Below are positions 37,982 through 47,696 of a DNA stretch of 64,000 bases, piece by piece. The notes beneath the pieces were generated by a model. The model made no database searches. It saw only the letters and a program-made list of their open reading frames with translations, and was not told the DNA's origin. Within the stretch, counting starts at the first letter, position 1; each line of letters begins with the position of its first letter. A program made the position numbers and the translations under genes. This DNA is from Vulcanimicrobiota bacterium (GTDB taxonomy: Bacteria > Vulcanimicrobiota > Vulcanimicrobiia > Vulcanimicrobiales > Vulcanimicrobiaceae), in assembly GCA_963699205.1 (NCBI GenBank), contig OY969421.1, positions 1,624,427 to 1,688,426 on the forward strand, in the 5' to 3' direction.

Positions 37982-38692
37982 ATGATTGCTCTCCGCGGCG
38001 TTTCGCTGGTATATCCAAACGGCGTGCGCGCACTCGACAACGTGAACCTTGAAATTGCCAAGGGCGAATTTCTCTTTCTCGTCGGACACTCGGGCACGGG
38101 CAAGTCCAGTCTGCTACGATTACTGTACCGAGAGGCAAAGTGCTCCGCCGGCGAGATCGTGGTGGACGGCATCCGCGTCGATCGCCTCCGGCGCAACCGC
38201 ATTCCAGCCTTACGGCGCCATCTCGGCGTCGTTTTTCAAGACTACAAACTGCTCATCGACAAAACGGTGTGGGAAAATGTGGCGTTTGCGATGCAGGTGA
38301 CGGGAGCTCACACGCGCGACATCATGCGACAAGTCCCTCGCGTATTGGATTTAGTCGGGCTCTCACACAAAAGCCGGATGTATCCAAGTGAGCTTTCGGG
38401 CGGAGAGCAGCAGCGTGCTGCGATCGCCCGCGCGCTCGTGAACAATCCGAAGATCTTGCTCTGCGACGAGCCCACCGGCAACCTGGATCCGGCAAACACC
38501 ACGGAGATCACGGCGCTGTTGCAGCGCATCAATCTGAAGGGCACGACGGTCGTCGTCGCGACCCACAATCAAGCCGTCGTGGATCGTATGCGCAGGAGAG
38601 TCGTACGGCTCGACGACGGACGGATTACTACCGATGAAGAGCGAGGCTTTTACTATCTTGGATTGGGGCAAACTCAAGTTCTTTCTGGGTGA
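37982..38692 (+). CDS. ftsE: Cell division ATP-binding protein FtsE
   Basis: Walker A GHSGTGKSS, signature LSGGEQQR, Walker B ILLCDEP. Followed by ftsX. Confidence 0.9.
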   Translation: MIALRGVSLVYPNGVRALDNVNLEIAKGEFLFLVGHSGTGKSSLLRLLYREAKCSAGEIVVDGIRVDRLRRNRIPALRRHLGVVFQDYKLLIDKTVWENVAFAMQVTGAHTRDIMRQVPRVLDLVGLSHKSRMYPSELSGGEQQRAAIARALVNNPKILLCDEPTGNLDPANTTEITALLQRINLKGTTVVVATHNQAVVDRMRRRVVRLDDGRITTDEERGFYYLGLGQTQVLSG

Positions 38693-39539
38693 AGTGACCC
38701 GCAACTTTTCAAGGAACGCCGGTATGCAGATGACGGCGATTGGAACGGTTGCAATCACTATCGTCCTGCTGGGCCTCTTCCTCTTCGTTCGCGCGGCGCT
38801 CGCCGACGTAGGAACGCGCCTCCTCGATCAGATCGAGATTTCGGCGTATCTCAGCGCGGATGTAACGTCCGCACAGGTGCGCGCGATCGGTCTTCTCTTG
38901 GCGCAAGATCCGCGCATCGCGTCGGCGCAGTTCGTACCGAAGCGGCAGGGCCTCGCAGAGTTGCGCGAGCGCACCAAAGGGACGATCGACACCGCGTTGT
39001 TAACGGAGAATCCGCTCCCGGATAAATTCCGGGTCAAGACTCGCGTTCCCGAGCAGGTACCGGCCGTCGCTTCGGAAGTTCGGCGCCTTGCCGGCGTCAC
39101 GAACGTCGTCTATGGTCAGCAAGTCGTTGCGCGGCTCTTGCAACTCGGTGCGGTGCTGCGCCGCATCGGCATCGCGGTCATCGTCGTGTTCTTCGTCGTC
39201 GCAGGAATCATCATCGCGAACACCATTCGGCTTACCGTCTTCGCCCGCCGGCGCGAAATCGCCATCATGCAACTCGTCGGCGCGACGAACACCTACATTC
39301 GATTGCCGTTCATCTGCGAAGGATTGCTCGACGGCGTGATCGGTGCGGCCGTAGCGGTGGGATTGCTCGTCGTGGCTCGCGGCGCGCTCTGGCCCCGACT
39401 GCTTGAGGCGCTTCCATGGGTCCAGTTGAACGCGACGCCGATGGATCCGCGCATTCTCGCCGGCGAACTGATCGCCGTCGGCGCCGCCATAGGGCTCGTG
39501 GCTTCGTGGATTTCCGTCGGACGACATCTGCGGACGTAG
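38634..39539 (+). CDS. ftsX: Cell division permease FtsX
   Basis: FFLGEVTRNFSRNAGMQMTAIGTVAITIVLLG N-terminal TM, a periplasmic loop, then three C-terminal TM helices. Start uncertain; the 59-nt overlap with ftsE applies only if 38634 is used. Confidence 0.8.
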   Translation: MKSEAFTILDWGKLKFFLGEVTRNFSRNAGMQMTAIGTVAITIVLLGLFLFVRAALADVGTRLLDQIEISAYLSADVTSAQVRAIGLLLAQDPRIASAQFVPKRQGLAELRERTKGTIDTALLTENPLPDKFRVKTRVPEQVPAVASEVRRLAGVTNVVYGQQVVARLLQLGAVLRRIGIAVIVVFFVVAGIIIANTIRLTVFARRREIAIMQLVGATNTYIRLPFICEGLLDGVIGAAVAVGLLVVARGALWPRLLEALPWVQLNATPMDPRILAGELIAVGAAIGLVASWISVGRHLRT

Positions 39540-40730
39540 ATGGCGGCTCCTAGTCGCTTCTTCGCCGTCGCGCTGATTGTCGCGGCGGTCCTCTCGCTGC
39601 CGCAAACCGCAAAACCTTCGATCGTGGATCGAATCGCCGCGGAGCGCGCGAAGGCTGCCGCCATCGCGGCGCGATTGCACGCCAAGCGCGCCGAGCTGCA
39701 GGCGGTAAGCCTCCACTATGACGACCTCCAGCGGCAACTCGGCGAAACGACCGCCGCCATCGGGACGGTTAGTGGGCGAATAGATTCGCTCGACGTTCAA
39801 CAAGCCTCAACCCAGCGCCGGATTGATTGGAACTCGTTACAACTGGGGGCCGCACAGCGGTCGCTGCACCTGCACGATTCACTACTGAAGCGTCGACTGG
39901 TCAACATTTACGAGTACGGGAACCTCACCTACCTCAGCGCACTGTTAGCCGCGCGGTCCTTCAGTGAGTTCGTCGAGCGCTGGGAAGACCTCCGCCTGCT
40001 CATCGCCGCCAACCAACGCGCGGTGCGCGCGCGAAAAATCGCGGAACAGCGGGTTGCCGCGATTGCCGCCGATTTGGAACGTACGCGCTTAGAGTTACAG
40101 CGCGAAGAAGAGTCGGCGCAAGAAGCGCGCAGCCAACTGAATTCGCTTGCCGACGAGCGGCGTAATCTCGTGGAGCTTACATCGATGCGGCGGCGCAGCG
40201 TCGCGTCGCAGGTCGCAGAAATCGAGAGCCTCTCAGCTTCCGAGGAAGCGCAACTCGAATCGCTCATCATGGAACGCGAACGCGAGATCGAGGCACAGCA
40301 TCGCGCGGCCGGCATCGCGGGCGGAGTCGAGAGTGAAGGCGCCGCGGGTTCGTTCTCATGGCCGGTGACGGGCACGATTACGTCACCGTTCGGCTGGCGT
40401 TCGAATCCGTTTGGCGGCGGTCCCGAGTTCCATCAAGGGCTCGATATCGCCGCGCCCACGGGCACGACGGTTACCGCCGCGGCGGCCGGCACGGTCATCA
40501 TGGCCCAGTGGTACGGCGGTTACGGAAATTACATTCTGATCGATCATGGCGGTGGCTATTCGACCGGATATGGCCACCTTTCGGCGATATTTGTCTCGAC
40601 GGGGCAGGTTGTGGCGCGCGGGCAAGCAATCGGAGCCGTTGGATCAACCGGGCAATCGACCGGTCCGCACCTCCACTTTGAGGTGCGTATCGCCGGAAAA
40701 CCTGTCGACCCTGCGCCCCGGCTTCATTAA
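39540..40730 (+). CDS. M23 peptidase with coiled-coil N-terminus (EnvC-like murein hydrolase activator)
   Basis: Long Ala/Gln/Arg/Leu coiled coil followed by an M23/LytM domain (HQGLDIAAPTGT, GYGNYILIDHGGGYSTGYGHL, GPHLHFEV). Confidence 0.8.
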   Translation: MAAPSRFFAVALIVAAVLSLPQTAKPSIVDRIAAERAKAAAIAARLHAKRAELQAVSLHYDDLQRQLGETTAAIGTVSGRIDSLDVQQASTQRRIDWNSLQLGAAQRSLHLHDSLLKRRLVNIYEYGNLTYLSALLAARSFSEFVERWEDLRLLIAANQRAVRARKIAEQRVAAIAADLERTRLELQREEESAQEARSQLNSLADERRNLVELTSMRRRSVASQVAEIESLSASEEAQLESLIMEREREIEAQHRAAGIAGGVESEGAAGSFSWPVTGTITSPFGWRSNPFGGGPEFHQGLDIAAPTGTTVTAAAAGTVIMAQWYGGYGNYILIDHGGGYSTGYGHLSAIFVSTGQVVARGQAIGAVGSTGQSTGPHLHFEVRIAGKPVDPAPRLH

Positions 40731-40797
40731 GACTTCGCAAGTAAAGTTACTAAAGAGCAACTTCTCACCTCTAGGAACGGGTAGTGATAGACGACAC

Positions 40798-42201
40798 ATG
40801 AGCTTGCGCCCACGTTTTCTTCTCGCCGCCTTACTGACGATCGCGTTCGCGGCATTCGCTTTCTTTTTTATCGCCCAGCGGGCCGGGACGCTCGGACGAG
40901 CGTCCGTTCTTGAAGTAGCGACGACCGGAGATCTCCGCGACCTTTTCGCCCAGCGGGATCCGACCGGCCCGTTTATCGCCGATCTCACGCTTCGCCGCTT
41001 AGAGCTTTCGTATTACAAACCGGTCGATCCACAGACGCCGATCGCCGGAGAAGTGGGCGCGCTGCGAAGCGTCTTGAGTTCGAAGCGCGGCGGCGTCTCA
41101 CTTCCCGCGCACGCCGCGACGGGTAATCCGAACGCTGACGGCGAGATTGCCGCGCAGATTTTGGCCTTTGCGGAGGAACACTACGCCGGCATCGGGGCGC
41201 ATGCGCGGGACGGTCTTACGGATGCCGCGCTGCGCGGAATCATGAAGTCCGTCAAGGATCCCTACACGGTCTATTTGTCGCCGACAGAGATTCGCGGCCT
41301 GAACGAATCGCTCTCGGGCGGTAACTTCGGCGGCATCGGCGTCTATATCTATCAATTGAGGGACGGACGAATCATCGTTCAGCCGATCGAGCAACTTCCC
41401 GCGGCGCGCGCCGGGATGAAGCCGGGCGAGGTGGTCGACAGCGTCGACGGCAGGCCGGTGCGCGGCGTGCCGATCGACCGCGTCGAGTCGATGATTCGCG
41501 GCGAAGCCGGCACCGTCGTTCACTTGCGCGCCCATCTGTATAACGGTTCGCCGCCGGACCATAGCTATGCGATCGTCCGGGAGATCATTCACGTTCCGAC
41601 GGTGCGAGCGAAGATGGAGGACGGCATCGAGTACATTCGGCTTTCGGACTTTGGAACGACGTCGGCAGACGAAGTTCGTAAGGCGCTGCTGGCAGGACGC
41701 GCCGCCGGCGCGCACGGCTACATCTTGGATCTGCGCGACAACGGCGGGGGGCTACTCGACGCGGCGGTAGCGATCTCGAGCTTCTTCATTCCTCAAGGCA
41801 CGATCGTTTCGACGATTCGGCGCGACGGGCAACGCACGAGCGAAGAAGCCCTCGGTAATGCCATCGGCGGATTGACCCCGTTGATAATTCTGGTAAACAA
41901 GTACACCGCGAGCGCGTCGGAAATCACGGCCGGCGCATTACAAGATTACCACCTTGCAACGCTGGTTGGGACGCGTACGTTCGGCAAAGGCGTCGTTCAG
42001 AGCATCTTCCCGTTGCCGGACCAGGGAGCGCTCAAGATCACTACGGCTCGCTACGTCACTCCGTCTGGCCGCGATATCCAGCATCGCGGCATCGAGCCTG
42101 ACGTCCCCGTCGCGCAGGACCCGAACCCATCTTTGATCGATACGCCGGCCGATAAACAACTTTCCGCCGCGAAGAAACGCCTGCGTCAACTCGTACGTTA
42201 A
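40798..42201 (+). CDS. S41 carboxy-terminal processing peptidase
   Basis: N-terminal TM helix, a PDZ region (GGIGVYIYQLRDGRIIVQPIEQLPAARAGMKPGEVV), and S41 motifs LDLRDNGGG, NKYTASASEI, TFGKG. Confidence 0.85.
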   Translation: MSLRPRFLLAALLTIAFAAFAFFFIAQRAGTLGRASVLEVATTGDLRDLFAQRDPTGPFIADLTLRRLELSYYKPVDPQTPIAGEVGALRSVLSSKRGGVSLPAHAATGNPNADGEIAAQILAFAEEHYAGIGAHARDGLTDAALRGIMKSVKDPYTVYLSPTEIRGLNESLSGGNFGGIGVYIYQLRDGRIIVQPIEQLPAARAGMKPGEVVDSVDGRPVRGVPIDRVESMIRGEAGTVVHLRAHLYNGSPPDHSYAIVREIIHVPTVRAKMEDGIEYIRLSDFGTTSADEVRKALLAGRAAGAHGYILDLRDNGGGLLDAAVAISSFFIPQGTIVSTIRRDGQRTSEEALGNAIGGLTPLIILVNKYTASASEITAGALQDYHLATLVGTRTFGKGVVQSIFPLPDQGALKITTARYVTPSGRDIQHRGIEPDVPVAQDPNPSLIDTPADKQLSAAKKRLRQLVR

Positions 42202-42210
42202 GTGGAAAGC

Positions 42211-43569
42211 ATGAAACGCAATCTTACGCGACTCGCTGCCTTTGCGCTCGCAACGGCTTTCCTTCAGTCCCCCGTCGGATCGGCGGCCTCACCGACGCAT
42301 CTCTCGTCGGTAGATGCCGGGGAAATATCGACCAGCTACGTCTATCTCACGGACAATTTCTACAAGCGAGTCGACGCACAGGCTGTCCTGGACTCCGTTC
42401 GCACCCAGTTGATTTCAGCGATGCGAACCGCGGGCATCAAACATATCGCGCTGCCGGCGGTTGCAGCGGGCCTCAATCCATCGGGCAACGTTCGCGAGAT
42501 CGATCGCGAAGTCGAGGTCGCCGCTGCGGAATCGCGTCCCAAATTCAGCGCCCATGATTTGAGTTATATCGCGATCGACGGCATGATGCGGGCCGTCAAC
42601 GACCGGTACACCGTCTTTCTGACCCCGAAAGAATTCGCGGGCCTCAATCAAGGATTAGACGGCGGCGACTTCGGAGGAACGGGCATCGTGATCCAGATCG
42701 ACGATAAAACGAAGTACGTTTCCGTGCAAAACGTCGTTCCCAACGGTCCCGCGGACAAAGCCGGAATCGAGCAGGACGATCTCATCACGGCGATCGACGG
42801 CGCCTCAACAAAAGGGATGAGTCTCAATCAGGCCAGCGCGAAACTGCGGGGCAAAGAGGGTACTCGCGTGACCTTGACGGTCCAACGCGACGGTTCGAGT
42901 CTGCCTGCCATTCCGATCACGCGGGCGAAGATCCATCAACTCAGCGTCTATGAAAAAATGCTTTCGGGCAAGATCGGTTATATCGCGCTCACGGTTTTCG
43001 GTCGCGAGACCGGTAACGAGCTGAACGTCGCGCTCGATCGTTTGGTACGGCAGGGCGCGCGCGCGCTGGTGCTCGACCTGCGCGACAACGGCGGAGGATA
43101 CCTGGAAGCTGCGGTTGCGGTTAGTTCCAAGTTCGTTCCCAGCGGGCCCATCGTCTCGGTAGAATCGCGCGCGTCGAATATCACGACGCTCGACGCCGAC
43201 AATACGGCGATCTCACCCATTCCGCTGGCCGTACTCGTTAACGGCTACACCGCGTCGGCGTCGGAGATCACGTCCGGAGCAATCCAAGACAGCAGCGTCG
43301 GTACGATCGTCGGTACGAAGACCTTCGGCAAAGGCGTCGTTCAAACGATCTATCCGCTGCCCGACGGCAGCGCGATCAAGATCACCACCGCGCGCTATCT
43401 GACGCCGCGAAACCGCGACATCAACCATCTTGGCATTACGCCCGACATCGTCGTCGCCGAGAACAAGCATCCGCAGTTCGGCGTTCCGGCGAAAGACGAA
43501 CAGTTAGCGCGCGCGCTCCAATACCTCGGCGAAAAACTCGCGCACCTTACCCAAGATAACGGAGTGTAA
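42211..43569 (+). CDS. S41 carboxy-terminal processing peptidase, tandem paralog
   Basis: Signal peptide, a PDZ region (GGTGIVIQIDDKTKYVSVQNVVPNGPADKAGIEQDD), and LDLRDNGGG, NGYTASASEI, TFGKG. Confidence 0.85.
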   Translation: MKRNLTRLAAFALATAFLQSPVGSAASPTHLSSVDAGEISTSYVYLTDNFYKRVDAQAVLDSVRTQLISAMRTAGIKHIALPAVAAGLNPSGNVREIDREVEVAAAESRPKFSAHDLSYIAIDGMMRAVNDRYTVFLTPKEFAGLNQGLDGGDFGGTGIVIQIDDKTKYVSVQNVVPNGPADKAGIEQDDLITAIDGASTKGMSLNQASAKLRGKEGTRVTLTVQRDGSSLPAIPITRAKIHQLSVYEKMLSGKIGYIALTVFGRETGNELNVALDRLVRQGARALVLDLRDNGGGYLEAAVAVSSKFVPSGPIVSVESRASNITTLDADNTAISPIPLAVLVNGYTASASEITSGAIQDSSVGTIVGTKTFGKGVVQTIYPLPDGSAIKITTARYLTPRNRDINHLGITPDIVVAENKHPQFGVPAKDEQLARALQYLGEKLAHLTQDNGV

Positions 43570-43582
43570 GACCCCTTACCTC

Positions 43583-46000
43583 TTATGAGGCTTTCTTCCG
43601 CGGAGCCGTAGCGCGCTTGCGCTTGGGCTTTTCGGGGGCATTTTCTGACGAGCTTTCGCTCCGCGTGGCGCGAGAACGTTTTGGCCTCGCTTCCGGCGTC
43701 GTTTCTTCGGACGCGCGCTTCAAGCGACTGCGGCGCACGTTTCTTTGCGCGGGGAGCGCGAGGGCGCTCGCCGCCCCTTCCAACTCTCCCGGAGTCGCGG
43801 GCTGGACCGTGGCGGTGCGGCGCCGTCGCCGGGTGGGTTGCGGCCGCTTCGGCTCTTGCGCGGGGGGCATCGAAAGGCTCGGAGGGGGCGGCGCGACGGC
43901 CGGCGGCGGGGCCGGGAGGACGGGAGCGATCGGAAATGCCTCTTCCGTGACGGCTTCCGCGACTCCGATCGGCGGTCGCCCGCCGCGGCCACGGCGTCGC
44001 CGACGTCGTCGGCGGCGTTTCCGCCCGCCTCCCTCACCTTGAGTTGAGGCTTCGGCTCCGATGACGATCGCGTCGGGTTGCGCTTCGCCCCTGCGCTCTG
44101 CGCGCAGCGCCTTGTCTTGCTCCTCTTCTTCCTCAGTTGCCGAAGATATGCCGATCGGCGGGCGCGCCGCCGATTGCCGTGCGGCGTCCTCCGCAAGCTC
44201 GCGCAATTGACGCGTCCGTTCGGCAGGGGTCGGCTCCGCACGGCGCGCCGGCCGCCGCTTGCGGGGCTTCGCACCCACAGTCACGAGGTCGGCCAAGACG
44301 TAATCGCGTTCGTCATCCACGTCCAGAATACGAATGCGAACGAAGTTACCGGCGTTGCTTGCGGCGTTTTCCACTTCCGCGATGCGTCCATCGACCACCG
44401 CGGCGGCCGACGTCGCGTTGGGCAAACGCCCCGGCAAAAGTTCGACCTCTTGTTCGTCGCCGACGCGCACCGCGTGTGCACGTTTCGTCCCGCGAGGCGC
44501 GACTTCGATCCGCGCCCTTTCGGGATGAATCATTGGATCGACGCGAACGAAGATCGTACGACCGAGCGCTCGCGCAAGTTCCTGACACTCGTTTTGGTAC
44601 CAAAAATCCATCTGAACGGCGACGGTCGGCGCGACGTGCGCGATCACGTCGCCGGTCGCGCCGTGGCGCACTTCATGCCGAATCTGTCGAAACGTCTCAA
44701 TCGCAACGGACTGCGCCGACATGACGCTGCCGACGCCGTCGCACGTCGGACAACCGCCGCGTAACTGAGCGCCGAGATCTTTTCCGATTCGCTTTCGAGT
44801 GAACTCGAGTAATCCCAAGTTGGAAAACGATTGAATCGTCGCCCGAGTCCGGTCGCGCCGAAGACTTTCTTCCATTTTGGCGATCACTTTTTCCCGCGAC
44901 CCGTCCGAAGCCATGTCGATGAAATCGACGACGACGATGCCGCCGATGTCGCGCAAGCGTACTTGCCGCGCGATCTCTTCGGCCGCCTCCATGTTCGTTC
45001 TTAGGATCGTATCTTCGAGGTTGCGGCCGCCCGTGAACTTGCCGGAATTGACGTCAATCACGGTAAGTGCCTCGGTCGATTCGATAACGATCGACGCGCC
45101 CGAAGGAAGATTGATCTTCGGCTTCATCAGCTTTTGCAGTTCTTCGTTGATCTTGTAGTCCTCGAAGAGCTGTCGTCCCATGTTGTAATACTCGAGCCGG
45201 CCGATGTATTGCGGACCGAGCAGTTGAAGAAGATCGCGAACCTTGCGGTACTCTTCCTCGTCGTCGATCAACACGCGATCGACGTCCGCCGTAATGAAAT
45301 CGCGCGCAGCCTTGTAAATCAGATTCATGTCTTTATGGAGCAACGACGGGGAAGCCGCGCGCTTATACGTTTCAAGAATGCCGTGCCACATTCGAATCAG
45401 CACCCCCAGATCGGCGATAAGCTCGGCTTCGCTCGCGCCCGACGCGGCGGTACGGACGACGGTTGCCATGCCTTCGGGGCGGATGCGCTTCATCACCGAC
45501 TTGAGCCGGTTGCGCTCGTCGACGGAGTCGACCTTGCGCGAAACGCCCGAATATTTGCCCGTCGGCATCAAAATGAGATAGCGCCCGGGCAGCGAGATAT
45601 TGGTCGAAATTCGGGCGCCCTTGAGCCCGCGCGGCTCCTTGACGATCTGCACCAAAACGTCGTCGCCGCGTTTTACCTTCTCGCTGATCGTGAAACCGCT
45701 ATGGCCCTGTGTAATTTCGACGTCGCCGATGTTGAGCGGTTGCTTGTTAATATCGTCAACGTAGAGAAAGGCGTTGCGGCCCAAGCCGATATCGACGAAC
45801 GCAGCCCCCATCCCGGGAAGCACGTTCTGCACCTTTCCTTTATAGATCGAGCCGATGACTTTCTCTTCGCGCTCGATGTAGAGCTCGGCTAAGCCGCCGT
45901 TCTCTAGTATCGCGACCCGGTTTTCCCACGGGTCGCTCGAGATCAATATCTCGCTCGCCAAATTGTCCTCAAGAAAATGTTCGAACTTGCCGGTCGCCAC
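43583..46000 (-). CDS. Ribonuclease E/G family protein with an Arg/Pro-rich C-terminal extension
   Basis: N-terminal S1 domain (IYKGKVQNVLPGMGAAFVDIG). Catalytic core (VIDVNSGKF, GGIVVVDFIDM). Zn-link CPTCDGVG. C-terminal tail with RKRRRRRRRRRGRGGRPP and a Pro/Ala-rich stretch. Confidence 0.85.
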   Translation of the reverse strand: MATGKFEHFLEDNLASEILISSDPWENRVAILENGGLAELYIEREEKVIGSIYKGKVQNVLPGMGAAFVDIGLGRNAFLYVDDINKQPLNIGDVEITQGHSGFTISEKVKRGDDVLVQIVKEPRGLKGARISTNISLPGRYLILMPTGKYSGVSRKVDSVDERNRLKSVMKRIRPEGMATVVRTAASGASEAELIADLGVLIRMWHGILETYKRAASPSLLHKDMNLIYKAARDFITADVDRVLIDDEEEYRKVRDLLQLLGPQYIGRLEYYNMGRQLFEDYKINEELQKLMKPKINLPSGASIVIESTEALTVIDVNSGKFTGGRNLEDTILRTNMEAAEEIARQVRLRDIGGIVVVDFIDMASDGSREKVIAKMEESLRRDRTRATIQSFSNLGLLEFTRKRIGKDLGAQLRGGCPTCDGVGSVMSAQSVAIETFRQIRHEVRHGATGDVIAHVAPTVAVQMDFWYQNECQELARALGRTIFVRVDPMIHPERARIEVAPRGTKRAHAVRVGDEQEVELLPGRLPNATSAAAVVDGRIAEVENAASNAGNFVRIRILDVDDERDYVLADLVTVGAKPRKRRPARRAEPTPAERTRQLRELAEDAARQSAARPPIGISSATEEEEEQDKALRAERRGEAQPDAIVIGAEASTQGEGGGRKRRRRRRRRRGRGGRPPIGVAEAVTEEAFPIAPVLPAPPPAVAPPPPSLSMPPAQEPKRPQPTRRRRRTATVQPATPGELEGAASALALPAQRNVRRSRLKRASEETTPEARPKRSRATRSESSSENAPEKPKRKRATAPRKKAS

Positions 46001-46110
46001 GCTGCTCCTCGCCGCGCGTCTGACAGGGCGGCATCGGCCGCCACGACAAGGTCGCTAAAAACTTTTGCTCGCGATTTCCTGACGCAACCCAGCGGGACCT
46101 TCTCCGGCGG

Positions 46111-47247
46111 CTAGGCATTGCCGAGAACGTCGCGATCCTTCTGAGAATAAATATTCAGCAGAATACCGACCGCGGCAAAATCGGTCAGCATCGCCGAGCC
46201 GCCGTAGGACATGAAAGGCAGCGGAATTCCGGTGATCGGCATGATGCCGATCGTCATCCCAACGTTGACGAGCACGTGAAAGAACAACATCCCTACTAAC
46301 CCGGCGGCCAACAGGAAACCGAAGCGGTCGCGCGCCGCCAGCATTGTCCGAATACCCGCATAGACGATCGCGGCATAGAGCACCAGCAAGAGCAGTGCGC
46401 CGGCGAAGCCCCACTCTTCGGCGAGTACCGTAAAGATAAAGTCTCGAGAATGTTCCGGCACGAAGTTGAGTTGCGTCTGCGTGCCATGATAAATTCCGCG
46501 TCCGAAGAGTTCGCCGTTGCCGACGGCGATCTCCGATTGGTTCAAGTTATACCCGGAGCCCTGCGGATCGGCTTTGGGATTGAGAAAAACGAAAAGTCTC
46601 GTCCGCTGAAACGGTTTGAGGACCGCATTGGTCCCCACGGCGCCCGCTGCAATAACCAGCATCCCCAACAAATAGATCGCGAAATCACCGAGTTTCGGAA
46701 GCGCAAAAAAGAGATCGACGGTAAGTATCGCAACCAGCACCAACGAGGTTCCGAGATCGGGTTGCTTGAGAATCAGGAGCGCCGGAACCGCAACGGTGAG
46801 CAGCGGCTTCCACAGCTGGAGCAAATTATCAAACGTCTTCGCCGACAACACCGCAGCCAGCGCGATTGCAACCATCAGTTTGGCAGGCTCCGACGGCTGA
46901 AACGTACCCAGCGGCCCCAGAGAGATCCAACGCTGCGCTCCCATGGCGCTGTGTCCGCCCCGCAAAATGAAGAGCAGCAGCAACAGATTAGCGATGTAGA
47001 GCGGCAAGGCCCACCGCTGCCAGTTGCGATAATCGACGAGCGATAGCCCAATCATCAGCCCGACGCCCATGGCGAAATACAGTGTCTGCTTCTGGAACTC
47101 GCCGGTCGCGCCGGGAGAGTGAATCCCTGCCGACTTAATACAGACTAGTCCAACGAATGCTATTCCGACGGCACAGCACGCGAGGAGCCAGTTGTTCCGC
47201 CGCGCGAAGCGCCGCATTTCGGCGGCGCGAAGCGCCAGTACCGCCAC
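46111..47247 (-). CDS. rodA: SEDS family protein, RodA-like
   Basis: About 10 TM segments. Conserved QPSEPAKL, DLGT, FIFTVLAEEWGF, PLPFMSYGGS. Immediately downstream of minE. Confidence 0.8.
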   Translation of the reverse strand: MAVLALRAAEMRRFARRNNWLLACCAVGIAFVGLVCIKSAGIHSPGATGEFQKQTLYFAMGVGLMIGLSLVDYRNWQRWALPLYIANLLLLLFILRGGHSAMGAQRWISLGPLGTFQPSEPAKLMVAIALAAVLSAKTFDNLLQLWKPLLTVAVPALLILKQPDLGTSLVLVAILTVDLFFALPKLGDFAIYLLGMLVIAAGAVGTNAVLKPFQRTRLFVFLNPKADPQGSGYNLNQSEIAVGNGELFGRGIYHGTQTQLNFVPEHSRDFIFTVLAEEWGFAGALLLLVLYAAIVYAGIRTMLAARDRFGFLLAAGLVGMLFFHVLVNVGMTIGIMPITGIPLPFMSYGGSAMLTDFAAVGILLNIYSQKDRDVLGNA

Positions 47248-47258
47248 GGTTTCGTTGA

Positions 47259-47696
47259 CTACGGAGCAACTGGCGCCGGCGCAGGCGCTGATTTCTTGCG
47301 ACGGCGTCGTCTGCGCGTGGGCGGCGTTTGACCGGCAGCACCCGGTTTTGCGGTTCCCGCTTTCTTCCTTTTGCTTGCGGCCGAAGAATCCGAGGCGACG
47401 GCCGTCGCATGTTCTTCACGCTTGCCGTTCCCGTTAGGAGTGGGCCGGTTGACGGAGAGAATCGGGATGTTGGCCAGCATGGCGAGCGCGCTCTCTTGAC
47501 GTTCGAAGTTGACTTCGATTCGTGCGCGATCGACCTCGACGTGACGCGAGATCACGTCGACGAGATCGCGTTTCATCATGTCAATTATTTCGGGCGCGAG
47601 TTCGAGATGATCCGTCATCAACACCAAACGCAGGCGCTCCTTTGCGGTCGCGCTCGAACCACGTTGGCCAAAAAGCCGTCGCAAGAAGTCGATCAC
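47259..47696 (-). CDS. minE: Cell division topological specificity factor MinE with a basic C-terminal extension of about 60 aa
   Basis: MIDFLRRLFGQRGSSATAKERLRLVL... MinE core of about 85 aa. Then NGNGKREEH...KRKKAGTAKPGAAGQTPPTRRRRRRKKSAPAPAPVAP. Its start overlaps the stop of the upstream minD paralog by 4 nt. Confidence 0.85.
   Translation of the reverse strand: MIDFLRRLFGQRGSSATAKERLRLVLMTDHLELAPEIIDMMKRDLVDVISRHVEVDRARIEVNFERQESALAMLANIPILSVNRPTPNGNGKREEHATAVASDSSAASKRKKAGTAKPGAAGQTPPTRRRRRRKKSAPAPAPVAP

Noticed and set aside
43617-44274. Several 90-190-aa ORFs on both strands across the RNase E/G tail region.
   Set aside because: Arg/Pro/Gly low-complexity translations generated by the repetitive CGN/CCN-rich coding sequence of the RNase E/G tail.
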